NCBI GenBank assembly: GCA_017448545.1
Contig: JAFSLH010000007.1
Coordinates: forward strand, 27,460 to 91,459
From: Clostridia bacterium
GTDB taxonomy: Bacteria; Bacillota; Clostridia; Christensenellales; CAG-138
DNA length: 64,000 bases
Direction of reading: 5' to 3'
Shown: positions 45,983 to 54,206 of the stretch, in pieces
How the letters are laid out: each line of letters starts with the position of its first letter
How positions within the stretch are numbered: the stretch's first letter is position 1
Made by a program: the position numbers and the translations under genes
Notes under the pieces: model-generated
What the model was told of the DNA's origin: nothing
Database searches by the model: none
The model's input: only the letters and a program-made list of their open reading frames with translations

Positions 45983-47944
45983 TTATTCCTTTATTTTCTC
46001 AAACACGGCGCTGCTGCGGTTGAAATCCGCATACTCGAAGATGTATTCCTTGCGCGACTGCACACGGTCGCCCATCAGCACGGTAACGAGATGCTCGACT
46101 TCGGCGGCGTCCTCGATCGTCACGCAGGTCAGCTTCCGCCCCTGCGGATTCATCGTCGTTTCCCAAAGCTGCTCCGGGTTCATTTCGCCGAGGCCCTTGT
46201 ACCGCTGCAGCGTATAGTTCTTGCCCGAAACGGTCTTCATCGCGCTTTTCAGCGCCGCGTCGTCGTAACAGTAGACGGGCGGCTTGCCGGGCTTTTGCAC
46301 GCGGTACAGCGGCGCCATGCCGATATAGACATGCCCTTCGGTGATCAGCGGACGCATGTAGCGATAGAAGAACGTCAGAAGGATCGCGCGGATATGCGCG
46401 CCGTCCTGGTCGGCGTCGGCCAGAATGATGATCTTGTTGTAGCGCAGGCCGGTGATATCGAAATCGTCGCCGATGCCCGTGCCGAGCGCGGTGATGATCG
46501 AGCGGAACTCGTCGTTCTGCAGGACCTGTTCGAGCCGCTTCTTTTCGACGTTCAGCGGCTTTCCGCGCAGCGGCAGGATCGCCTGGAACCGACGGTCGCG
46601 GCCCTGTTTCGCGCTGCCGCCTGCCGAATCGCCCTCGACGATGAACAGCTCGTTCTGCGAATAGTCGCGCCCGGTGCAGCTCGAGAGCTTCCCGACGAGC
46701 GGCGCGTTTTCGAGCTTGCTCTTTTCGCGCGCGGTCTCCTTCGCCTTGCGCGCTGCGTTCCGCGCCTTTGCCGCCTTGACGGCCTTTTCGGCGATCTGGT
46801 TGGCGATCGCCGTATTTTTGAGATTGTCGAGCCACGCCGAAAGCTCCTGCGTCACAATCGCTTCCACGGCGGGACGCGCTTCGGTATTGCCGAGCTTCGT
46901 TTTGGTCTGGCCCTCGAACTGGATGTTCCGCATTTTCAGCGACAGCACCGCCGTCATGCCCTCGCGGAAATCCTCGCCGGCCAGCGACGCGTCCTTGTCC
47001 TTCAGCGCGCCGACCTTGCGGCAGTAATCGTTCATGACCTTCGTCAGCGCCGCCTTGAAACCGGTTTCGTGCGTGCCGCCCTCGGTCGTCGGGATGTTGT
47101 TCACGTACGACGCGATCGTTTCGGAATACCCGTCGTTGTGCAGGATCGCGACCTCGACCTTGATCCCGTTCGATTCGCCGGCAAAGTGGATCGGCGGATC
47201 GTACAGCGCGGTCTTGTCCTCCTGGATGTACCGCGCAAAATCGGACAGACCGCCCGAATAGCAGAACTCGCCGTGCTTCGGCTTGCCCCATTCGCGGTTG
47301 TCGTCCAGCGTGAACTTCACGCCGCGGTTCAGGTACGCGAGCTCGCGCAGCCGCTTTTTGATCACGCCGTACTGCATGTCGATCGTTTCAAACACGCGGT
47401 CGTCCGGCAGAAACGAAACGACAGTGCCCTGCCGGCGCGTCCGGCCGGTCTCGGTCAGCGGGTACTTCGGCTTGCCGGAAACGATCTTGCCCTCCGCGTT
47501 TTCCTCGCTCGAAAACTCCATCATGTAGGCGCGGTTTTCGTGGAAGACCTCGACCTTGACCCAGCGCGACAGCGCGTTGACGACCGACGCGCCGACGCCG
47601 TGCAGACCGCCGGAATAACCGTAGGCGTCGTTGCCGAACTTGCCGCCCGCGTGCAGCTGCGTGAAAACGACCTCCACGCCGGAAACGCCGAGCTTTTCAT
47701 GGATGCCGGTCGGGATGCCGCGCCCGTTGTCCGTGACGGTCACGCTGCGGTCGCGGTTCAGCACCACGTTGATTTCATTTGCAAACCCGTTCGCCGCCTC
47801 GTCGACCGCGTTGTCCACGATCTCCCACAGCATGTGGTGCAGACCGGGCAGCCCCGTCGAACCGATATACATGCCGGGGCGCATCCGCACCGCGTCGAGC
47901 CCCTCCATGACGGTAATGCTGCGAACGGAATATTCTTCAGCCAT
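45983..47944 (-). CDS. gyrB: DNA gyrase subunit B
   Basis: 653 aa. GLHHMLWEIVDNAVDE, GGLHGVGASVVNALS, EGDSAGGSAKQGRDR and PLRGK motifs. Confidence 0.96.
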   Translation of the reverse strand: MAEEYSVRSITVMEGLDAVRMRPGMYIGSTGLPGLHHMLWEIVDNAVDEAANGFANEINVVLNRDRSVTVTDNGRGIPTGIHEKLGVSGVEVVFTQLHAGGKFGNDAYGYSGGLHGVGASVVNALSRWVKVEVFHENRAYMMEFSSEENAEGKIVSGKPKYPLTETGRTRRQGTVVSFLPDDRVFETIDMQYGVIKKRLRELAYLNRGVKFTLDDNREWGKPKHGEFCYSGGLSDFARYIQEDKTALYDPPIHFAGESNGIKVEVAILHNDGYSETIASYVNNIPTTEGGTHETGFKAALTKVMNDYCRKVGALKDKDASLAGEDFREGMTAVLSLKMRNIQFEGQTKTKLGNTEARPAVEAIVTQELSAWLDNLKNTAIANQIAEKAVKAAKARNAARKAKETAREKSKLENAPLVGKLSSCTGRDYSQNELFIVEGDSAGGSAKQGRDRRFQAILPLRGKPLNVEKKRLEQVLQNDEFRSIITALGTGIGDDFDITGLRYNKIIILADADQDGAHIRAILLTFFYRYMRPLITEGHVYIGMAPLYRVQKPGKPPVYCYDDAALKSAMKTVSGKNYTLQRYKGLGEMNPEQLWETTMNPQGRKLTCVTIEDAAEVEHLVTVLMGDRVQSRKEYIFEYADFNRSSAVFEKIKE

Positions 47945-48099
47945 TCTGTTCCTCCGAATCCGGGAAATGCGCCGGCTGCCCGGACAATTCCCGATTTTAA
48001 CGCTTTATTTTACCACAGAATCCCGTTTTCGCACCGCCCCCGGCCACAGATTTACCGTTTATTCATAAATTGGGCGGCAAGCTGACGAAAAGAGGGACC

Positions 48100-48268
48100 G
48101 CTCAAAATGCTTTGAACAGTCCCTTGTGAATTCTCGCTTCGCTCCGTGAATTGTCCTAAGGAAGCCTTTCCGGACGGAACACATTTATCACGACAACGCA
48201 GTTGTCAATTCACGCGTTTACGCAATTCACGGCGCAGCCAATTCACGCGGCAACGCCGCAATTCACCG
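48100..48268. repeat. Intergenic mosaic repeat cluster R7 (degenerate A, B, C x4)
   Basis: GCTCAAAATGCTTTGAACAG. TCCCTTGTGAATTCTCGCTTCGCTCCGTGAATT. CAATTCACG at 48206, 48223 and 48239. CAATTCACC at 48259. Confidence 0.9.
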
Positions 48269-48306
48269 GAGAAAAAAAGGTTCCTTCTTTGGGAATGAAA
48301 TGCCTG

Positions 48307-49248
48307 TCAATAGAACGTTGCGACGGGCTGGTCGGGTTTTTCGGCGGGTTCCACCTTTTCGACGGTCAGGATCGGGCCTTTTTTTCCGTACAGGTTGGAG
48401 AACTTGATCGAAATCGTCCCCTGCACAATCGCCCAGCTCTGGTGCGGGAGCGACTTTGCTTTGGCATACTTGCAGACCAGCGGGCAATAGCGGATATCCG
48501 CTTCGCAGCAGGTCATGATGTGCCGCCCGCCGAGGAACGTATCGTTCGGAATCCGGCGGTTGTTGCCGATCAGCGCCTTGAACCGCACCGTTTTGCCTTC
48601 GTACTTCTGTGTTTCCTCGACCAGATCGCGGTAGAACAGCGCGTAGTCCTGATCCTCGATGTTCACGACCGGCGCGTTCAGATCGAACGGCAGCGGGTCC
48701 TCGATATCGTCCTCCTCGCTTGTGCCGTCCGTGTAGTCGTACACGATCTGCGCGCCGCGGGAGATGCCGCGCACCAGTTTATGCAGATCCGTCTTGTCGT
48801 CGCCCGGCGCAACGCGGTTGAACACGACGAGTTCCGCCGTCGTCAGCTTATCGACCACGAGCTGGCGCATGTTCGCGTTGTACGACGCGATCGTCGTTGC
48901 GTCGACGAGCATCGTTTCCTGCGCGATGCCCCAGTTTTCGGGCACGCGGTCGAACAGATCATTCATCTGCCACATACCGTTGTATTCGATGATCATGCGC
49001 GTCGCGCTCGCCTGCCGCTGCCACGCGGACAGCTTGTCCGGCGTGAGGTCCGCCACGGAATCGACGGTGCGGATCGTGACGTTGTTGATCGAGAACCGCG
49101 CAGGGATCAGTTCTTCCTCGCCTTCTTCGCAGAGCAGCAGCAGCGTGCGCTGTCCCTCGTTGAACTGCGGGTCCTCGAGCATGGACTGAATGAACGTCGT
49201 TTTGCCGGCGTCCAGAAAGCCCGTGAACAAAAAGACCGGAAGCATCAT
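48307..49248 (-). CDS. G3E/COG0523-related P-loop protein lacking the CxCC motif, fused to a Cys-rich C-terminal domain (TCCEAD...C..C)
   Basis: 313 aa. Walker A FTGFLDAGKTTF. Acidic middle section. The C-terminal GKTVRFKALI...RHIMTCCEADIRYCPLVCKY reminds me of DUF1980/YcgQ-type CCxxD domains (from memory, unverified). Confidence 0.65.
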   Translation of the reverse strand: MMLPVFLFTGFLDAGKTTFIQSMLEDPQFNEGQRTLLLLCEEGEEELIPARFSINNVTIRTVDSVADLTPDKLSAWQRQASATRMIIEYNGMWQMNDLFDRVPENWGIAQETMLVDATTIASYNANMRQLVVDKLTTAELVVFNRVAPGDDKTDLHKLVRGISRGAQIVYDYTDGTSEEDDIEDPLPFDLNAPVVNIEDQDYALFYRDLVEETQKYEGKTVRFKALIGNNRRIPNDTFLGGRHIMTCCEADIRYCPLVCKYAKAKSLPHQSWAIVQGTISIKFSNLYGKKGPILTVEKVEPAEKPDQPVATFY

Positions 49249-49254
49249 GGCTTT

Positions 49255-50397
49255 TTACTCCGAAAACAGCGCCTTGACGGCCGCTTCGTTCAGCCCGGAA
49301 CCGATCACGCACAGCCGACCGATCACGCTCGCCGCGCCGTGCCGCAGCTCGATTTCGCCCGGGACGTGGTCAAAATGCAGCCACGTGCCGTCCGTCGCCG
49401 GAACGACGCCCTTGGCCCGCAGCACCGCGCCGTAGGTCGCTTCGTCGTCGAGCTTCGACAGCTTCTCTTTCAGCTCGTCTTCCGTAAAGCGGTGCATCGT
49501 CTCCATGCCCCAGCTCTGGAAAATCTCGTCCGCATGGTGGTGTCCGTCGTGGTGATGGTGGTGATGGTGCTCGTGCTCGTCTTCGTCGTCGTCATCGTCA
49601 TGATGATGGTGATGGTGCTCGTGCTCCTCCTCATCCTCATCGTGATGGTGGTGGTGATGCTCATGCTCGTCTTCGTCGTCATCGTCATCATCGTCGTCGT
49701 GATGGTGGCCGCAGGCGCAGACGCCGTTTTCATCGTAATGGTGATGATGCGCGTGCTCCTTTGCGTGCGCTTCGGCCAGCGCCCGAAGGTCGCTGTCGAG
49801 CGAGCTGCGGTGCTCCATCGCGTCCAGTATGTCCTGCCCGGACAGGCTGTCCCACGGCGCGGCGATGATCACCGCGTCCGGGTTGTGCTCGCGCACGAGT
49901 TCGAGCGCCGCGTCCAGCTTGTCCTGCCCAATATCCTGCGTCCGGCTCAGAATGATGCAGCCGGCCGATTCGATCTGGTTGTTGAAGAACTCGCCGAAGT
50001 TCTTGTGGTAAACGCGCGCCTTCTTCGCGTCCACGACGGTCACGCAGCCGCCGAGCTGCACGTCGTCGTTCAGTACGGAGCCGATCGCGGCCTTGACGTC
50101 GCTGAGCTTGCCGACGCCGGACGGCTCGATCAGGATATGATCCGGATGGAATTCATCCAGCACCTTCTCGAGCGCCTTTGCGAAGTCGCCGACGAGCGAG
50201 CAGCAGATGCAGCCCGAATTCATCTCGGTGATCCGGATGCCGGCGTCCTGCAGAAACGCGCCGTCGATGCCGATCTCTCCGAATTCGTTCTCGATCAGCA
50301 CGATCTTCTGCCCCGCATACGCTTCGGCAATCAGTTTTTTGATCAGAGTCGTTTTGCCGGCTCCCAAAAATCCGCTGAAAATATCAATTTTCGTCAT
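49255..50397 (-). CDS. COG0523-family metallochaperone GTPase (CobW/ZigA/YeiR-like) with a very long His/Asp/Glu-rich insert
   Basis: ORF 49255..50442, trimmed to ATG 50397 (MTKIDIFSGFLGAGKTTLIKKL). GCICCS metal-binding motif, CobW_C-like C-terminus and a ~75-residue H/D/E tract. Confidence 0.85.
   Translation of the reverse strand: MTKIDIFSGFLGAGKTTLIKKLIAEAYAGQKIVLIENEFGEIGIDGAFLQDAGIRITEMNSGCICCSLVGDFAKALEKVLDEFHPDHILIEPSGVGKLSDVKAAIGSVLNDDVQLGGCVTVVDAKKARVYHKNFGEFFNNQIESAGCIILSRTQDIGQDKLDAALELVREHNPDAVIIAAPWDSLSGQDILDAMEHRSSLDSDLRALAEAHAKEHAHHHHYDENGVCACGHHHDDDDDDDDEDEHEHHHHHHDEDEEEHEHHHHHHDDDDDEDEHEHHHHHHHDGHHHADEIFQSWGMETMHRFTEDELKEKLSKLDDEATYGAVLRAKGVVPATDGTWLHFDHVPGEIELRHGAASVIGRLCVIGSGLNEAAVKALFSE
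49531..49770. repeat. Imperfect tandem coding repeat (CAT/CAC/GAC/GAT/GAA-rich on the coding strand) encoding the His/Asp/Glu tract
   Basis: The peptide reads HHHDDDDDDDDEDEHEHHHHHHDEDEEEHEHHHHHHDDDDDEDEHEHHHHHHHDGHHH. The unit D(n)EDEHEHHHHHH recurs three times. Confidence 0.85.
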
Positions 50398-50540
50398 AAC
50401 AGTTCCTTTCTCCGGCGCGGCCGAAACGCCATACGCCGCCATTTTCTTTATCCTATCACACCGCGAAAAAAAAGCAAGCGGTCTTCACGAAAATATCACA
50501 ATATCCCCTTTGCTGCTGCTCGAAAATCCCGGTTTTGCCC

Positions 50541-50569
50541 TTGTATTTTTCGCCTCTGATCGGTATAAT
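50541..50569 (+). promoter_or_regulatory. Sigma-A-type promoter of the pepF-like gene
   Basis: TTGTAT (50541-50546), 17 bp, TATAAT (50564-50569). Confidence 0.5.
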
Positions 50570-50607
50570 GAAAAAAGAAGCTGACAATCAACACAAGGAG
50601 AACATGT

Positions 50608-52311
50608 ATGAAATTTTCCGAAATGCCCTACACACGCCCCGATCCCGAGGAGATCATCGCTCAGATGAAGGAGCTGATCGAACGGCTGAAGAACGCGGAA
50701 AGCTATGCGGAAGCCCGCGCGGTCTTCCTCGAATGGGAGGAGAAAAGCAAGGTTTACGACACGGCGGCGACGCTGGTTTTCGTCCGGCAGTCGATCGACA
50801 CGCGCGACGAATTCTATAACGCGGAAAAGGATTTCTGGGACGAGATCGGCCCCGAGCTCGAAGAATACCAGCAGGCCTGGCTCGACGCGCTGCTGGCAAG
50901 CCCGTTCCGCAGGGACTTTGAAGCCGAATTCGGCAATCTGCTGTTTTTGAACGCCGAAATCGCGCGCAAAACGTTCTCGCCGGCCATCATTGAGGACATG
51001 CAGAAGGAAAACGAGCTGACCAGCGAATACGACAACCTGATCGCCTCGGCGCAGGTTCCGTTCGAGGGCGGCGTTTACACGCTGTCGCAGCTCGAACCGT
51101 TCCAGGACGATCCCGACGACAAGCGCCGTCTTGCCGCGTGGAAAGCCAAGGGACAGTGGTACAAGGACAACCAGCCGCAGCTGGATCGGATCTATGACGA
51201 TCTCGTGAAGCTGCGCGACGGGATGGGCCGCAAGCTCGGCTACGACGGCTATACGGAGCTCGGCTATTACCGCATGGAGCGCAACTGCTACACGAAGGAC
51301 GACGTCGAGAAGTTCCGCGCCGCCGTGCAGAAATACCTGGTTCCGGTTGCGGACTCGATCCTGCGCGCGCAAGCAAAGCGCATCCATCGGCCGTACCCGC
51401 TTTCGTTCGCGGACGCTTCGCTGGAATTCCGCAGCGGCAACCCGCGTCCCGTCGGCACGCCGGACGACATTCTTGAACAGGGCAGAAAGTTCTACGACGC
51501 GCTGTCGCCCGAAACCAGCGAGTTCTTCCGCACGATGCTCGACGAGGAGCTTCTGGACGTGCTTTCCACCGAAGGCAAACAGGCCGGCGGCTACTGCACC
51601 GAACTTTCGCTGTATGAGCGCCCGTTCATCTTTGCGAACTTCAACGGCACCAAGGGCGACGTCGAGGTCGTCACGCACGAAGCCGGTCACGCCTTCGCCG
51701 GCTGGATGAACCGCAAGCGCGTTCCGAACGCCTACACGTCCCCGACCGCGGAAGCGTGCGAAGTACATTCGATGAGCATGGAGTTCTTCGGCTGGAAGAA
51801 CGCGGAAGGCTTCTTCGGCCCCGACGCGAGAAAGTTCCTGTACAGCCACCTTGCCGGCGCGCTGACGTTCATCCCGTACGGCACGATGGTCGACCATTTC
51901 CAGCACATCGTTTACGAGCATCCGGAACTGACGCCCGCCGAACGCCATGCGGAATGGAAGCGGCTGACCGGCATCTACATGCCGTGGATGAAGCTCGACG
52001 GCGAAATCCCGTTCTACTCGGACGGCGAAGCCTGGCAGCGGCAGCTGCATATCTATGACATTCCGTTCTACTACATCGACTACTGCCTGGCGCAGACGGT
52101 CGCGCTGTCGTTCTGGGCGAAGATTCAGAAGGACCCGGAAGACGCCTGGAAGCACTATATGGCGTACACCGAGCAGGGCGGCAGCCGCACGTTCGTCGAG
52201 CTTTTGAAGCACGCCGACCTGATCTCGCCGTTTGACGAGGAATGCCTGAAGGAAGTCTCTTTCACCGCGAAGCAGTGGCTGGAGTCCTTCGATATGACGG
52301 GAATCGAGTAA
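50608..52311 (+). CDS. M3-family oligoendopeptidase (PepF-like)
   Basis: 567 aa. HEAGHAF zinc motif and conserved downstream E. PepF/M3B-like length. Confidence 0.88.
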   Translation: MKFSEMPYTRPDPEEIIAQMKELIERLKNAESYAEARAVFLEWEEKSKVYDTAATLVFVRQSIDTRDEFYNAEKDFWDEIGPELEEYQQAWLDALLASPFRRDFEAEFGNLLFLNAEIARKTFSPAIIEDMQKENELTSEYDNLIASAQVPFEGGVYTLSQLEPFQDDPDDKRRLAAWKAKGQWYKDNQPQLDRIYDDLVKLRDGMGRKLGYDGYTELGYYRMERNCYTKDDVEKFRAAVQKYLVPVADSILRAQAKRIHRPYPLSFADASLEFRSGNPRPVGTPDDILEQGRKFYDALSPETSEFFRTMLDEELLDVLSTEGKQAGGYCTELSLYERPFIFANFNGTKGDVEVVTHEAGHAFAGWMNRKRVPNAYTSPTAEACEVHSMSMEFFGWKNAEGFFGPDARKFLYSHLAGALTFIPYGTMVDHFQHIVYEHPELTPAERHAEWKRLTGIYMPWMKLDGEIPFYSDGEAWQRQLHIYDIPFYYIDYCLAQTVALSFWAKIQKDPEDAWKHYMAYTEQGGSRTFVELLKHADLISPFDEECLKEVSFTAKQWLESFDMTGIE

Positions 52312-52313
52312 AA

Positions 52314-52342
52314 GTTTACAGTTCAGAGGTTACAGTTTACAG
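52314..52342. repeat. Heptad module G immediately after the pepF-like stop codon (R8)
   Basis: GTTTACAGTTCAGAGGTTACAGTTTACAG. Confidence 0.8.
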
Positions 52343-52345
52343 ATC

Positions 52346-52388
52346 AAAAACGCGGGGCAGTCGTTTGACCGCTCCGCGTGGTTTTTTT
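52346..52388. terminator. Bidirectional terminator between convergent pepF-like gene and trpB2
   Basis: AAAAACGCGG...CCGCGTGGTTTTTTT. A-run and T-run flank the stem. Confidence 0.6.
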
Positions 52389-52405
52389 GATCGTTAATTT
52401 GATCG

Positions 52406-53773
52406 TTAATTCAGTTTCGGGAGTTTGTCGAAGCCCTTCTGCAGCTCTTCGTCGGACGGGATATAGTCGCCCATCTCGCCGTTGTGGAACTTTTCGTAGG
52501 CCACCATATCGAAATAGCCGGTGCCGGTCAGGCCGAACACGATCGTCTTTTCCTCGCCGGTCTCCTTGCACTTTTGCGCTTCGTCGATCGCGACCTTGAT
52601 GGCGTGCGCGCTTTCCGGCGCGGGCAGGATGCCCTCGACGCGGGCGAACGCTTCGGCGGCGCGGAACACGTCGGTCTGCACGACCGACCGCGCTTCGAGC
52701 AGGCCCTGGTCGTACAGTTCGGACAGGATCGAGCTCATGCCGTGATACCGGAGACCGCCGGCATGGTTCGGGGCCGGAATGAAGCCGCTGCCGAGCGTAT
52801 ACATCTTGGCGAGCGGGCAGACCTTGCCGGTGTCGCAGAAGTCATAGGCATACTTGCCGCGCGTCAGACTCGGGCAGGACGCCGGTTCGACGGCGATAAA
52901 CCGATAATTCTTTTCGCCGCGGAGCACTTCGCCCATGAACGGAGAAATCAGGCCGCCGAGGTTCGAGCCGCCGCCGGCGCAGCCGATGATGATATCCGGT
53001 TTGATGCCGTACTTATCGAGCGCGGCTTTCGTTTCGAGACCGATGACCGACTGGTGCAGCAGCACCTGGTTCAGCACGGAGCCGAGCACGTAGCGATAGC
53101 CTTCGCGCGTCGTCGCCGCTTCGACCGCTTCCGAAATCGCGCAGCCGAGCGAACCGCCGGTTCCCGGGAACTCCTCCAAAATCTTGCGGCCGATCGCCGT
53201 CGTGTTCGACGGGGACGGCGTAACCTGAGCGCCGTAGGTCCGCATGACCTCGCGGCGGAACGGCTTCTGCTCATAGGAGACCTTGACCATATACACAAGG
53301 CAGTCGAGATCGAAGTACGAACACGCCATCGAAAGCGCGGTACCCCACTGGCCGGCGCCGGTTTCGGTCGTGACGCCCCTCAGGCCCTGCTTTTTCGCGT
53401 AATACGCCTGCGCGATCGCGGAATTCAGCTTGTGGCTGCCGGAGGTGTTGTTGCCTTCGAATTTATAATAGATCTTCGCCGGGCTCTGCAGCTTTTCCTC
53501 GAGGCAGTAGGCGCGCACAAGCGGCGACGGACGGTACATCTTGTAAAACGCGCGGATCTCGTCCGGGATCGGGATATAAGCGTCGGTGTCGTTCAGTTCC
53601 TGCCTGACCAGCTCGTCGCAGAACACGTGACCGAGCTCTTCCGCCGTCATCGGCTTGCCGGTTCCCGGATTCAGCAGCGGCGCGGGCTTCTTTTTCATGT
53701 CCGCACGGACGTTATACCATGCCGTCGGCATCTCGTTTTCGTTCAGATAAATTTTATACGGAATCTGTTCCAT
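52406..53773 (-). CDS. trpB: TrpB-like PLP-dependent enzyme (tryptophan synthase beta chain, TrpB2 type), stand-alone
   Basis: 455 aa. N-terminal extension IPYKIYLNENEMPTAWYN.. is typical of TrpB2. PLP lysine region GSHKLNSA and GGGSN loop. No trpA adjacent. Confidence 0.88.
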   Translation of the reverse strand: MEQIPYKIYLNENEMPTAWYNVRADMKKKPAPLLNPGTGKPMTAEELGHVFCDELVRQELNDTDAYIPIPDEIRAFYKMYRPSPLVRAYCLEEKLQSPAKIYYKFEGNNTSGSHKLNSAIAQAYYAKKQGLRGVTTETGAGQWGTALSMACSYFDLDCLVYMVKVSYEQKPFRREVMRTYGAQVTPSPSNTTAIGRKILEEFPGTGGSLGCAISEAVEAATTREGYRYVLGSVLNQVLLHQSVIGLETKAALDKYGIKPDIIIGCAGGGSNLGGLISPFMGEVLRGEKNYRFIAVEPASCPSLTRGKYAYDFCDTGKVCPLAKMYTLGSGFIPAPNHAGGLRYHGMSSILSELYDQGLLEARSVVQTDVFRAAEAFARVEGILPAPESAHAIKVAIDEAQKCKETGEEKTIVFGLTGTGYFDMVAYEKFHNGEMGDYIPSDEELQKGFDKLPKLN

Positions 53774-53879
53774 GGTGATTTCTCCTTTTCAAATACTGAA
53801 ATAGTCGTTTCGGTTGCGGTGCTGCGGTTCATTTTCCGAAGCGGCGCCATCGTCTGCTCAATCGAATCATGTCCTTCCT

Positions 53880-54147
53880 CCAAAATAAAACGATCCTATC
53901 CCTTTTGCCGGGACAGGATCGGATTCCTGCGGTGCCACCCTGCTTGGCGCGATGCGCCCAACTCTGCGTATGCTTCCACATACCGGCGTTTGATTACGGA
54001 GCGCCTCTCTCCGTCTTCCATACTCCGCAAATGCGTTTGTGGTCGCCCTCCGAAGCCCATTCCACCGGAAGCCGTTCGCCGCGATCCCACCGCCCGCGAC
54101 TCTCTTTGCAACGCCTGTTCCGATCTACTTACGCTTCTTCAACGGTT
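53880..54147 (-). promoter_or_regulatory. T-box leader (probable Trp specifier UGG) with intrinsic terminator, controlling trpB2
   Basis: Minus strand shows an AGAGAG box, GGUGGGA/GGUGGAA distal-loop-like motifs, GAA-UGG-G as candidate specifier (plus 54057-54059), and the T-box core AGGGUGGCACCGC (plus 53929-53942). These are followed by the hairpin GATCCTGTCCCGGCAAAAGGGATAGGATC and GTTTTATTTT. Confidence 0.7.
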
Positions 54148-54153
54148 TCCCGT

Positions 54154-54182
54154 ATCATAACACACGGATTCCGGGTTGTCAA
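54154..54182 (-). promoter_or_regulatory. Sigma-A-type promoter for the T-box/trpB2 transcript
   Basis: Minus strand TTGACA (54177-54182), 17-bp spacer, TATGAT (54154-54159). Confidence 0.6.
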
Positions 54183-54206
54183 CAGGCTTTATATATAATT
54201 TTCAAT

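Noticed and set aside
42557-48085. 1842-aa plus-strand ORF, the longest in the track
   Set aside because: It runs antisense across the EIIC-like gene, gyrA and gyrB, all of which have unmistakable conserved motifs on the minus strand. The translated sequence is Arg/Ala/Gly/Asp-rich low complexity, typical of stop-free antisense frames in GC-rich DNA.
50398-50607. Search for a Zur-type operator upstream of the COG0523 pair (and at 63714-63800 upstream of the ZnuA-like gene)
   Set aside because: I could find no AT-rich 7-1-7 palindrome resembling known Firmicute Zur boxes. Only a weak GAAAA..TTTTC dyad lies near the ZnuA-like promoter. I am therefore not claiming zinc regulation.
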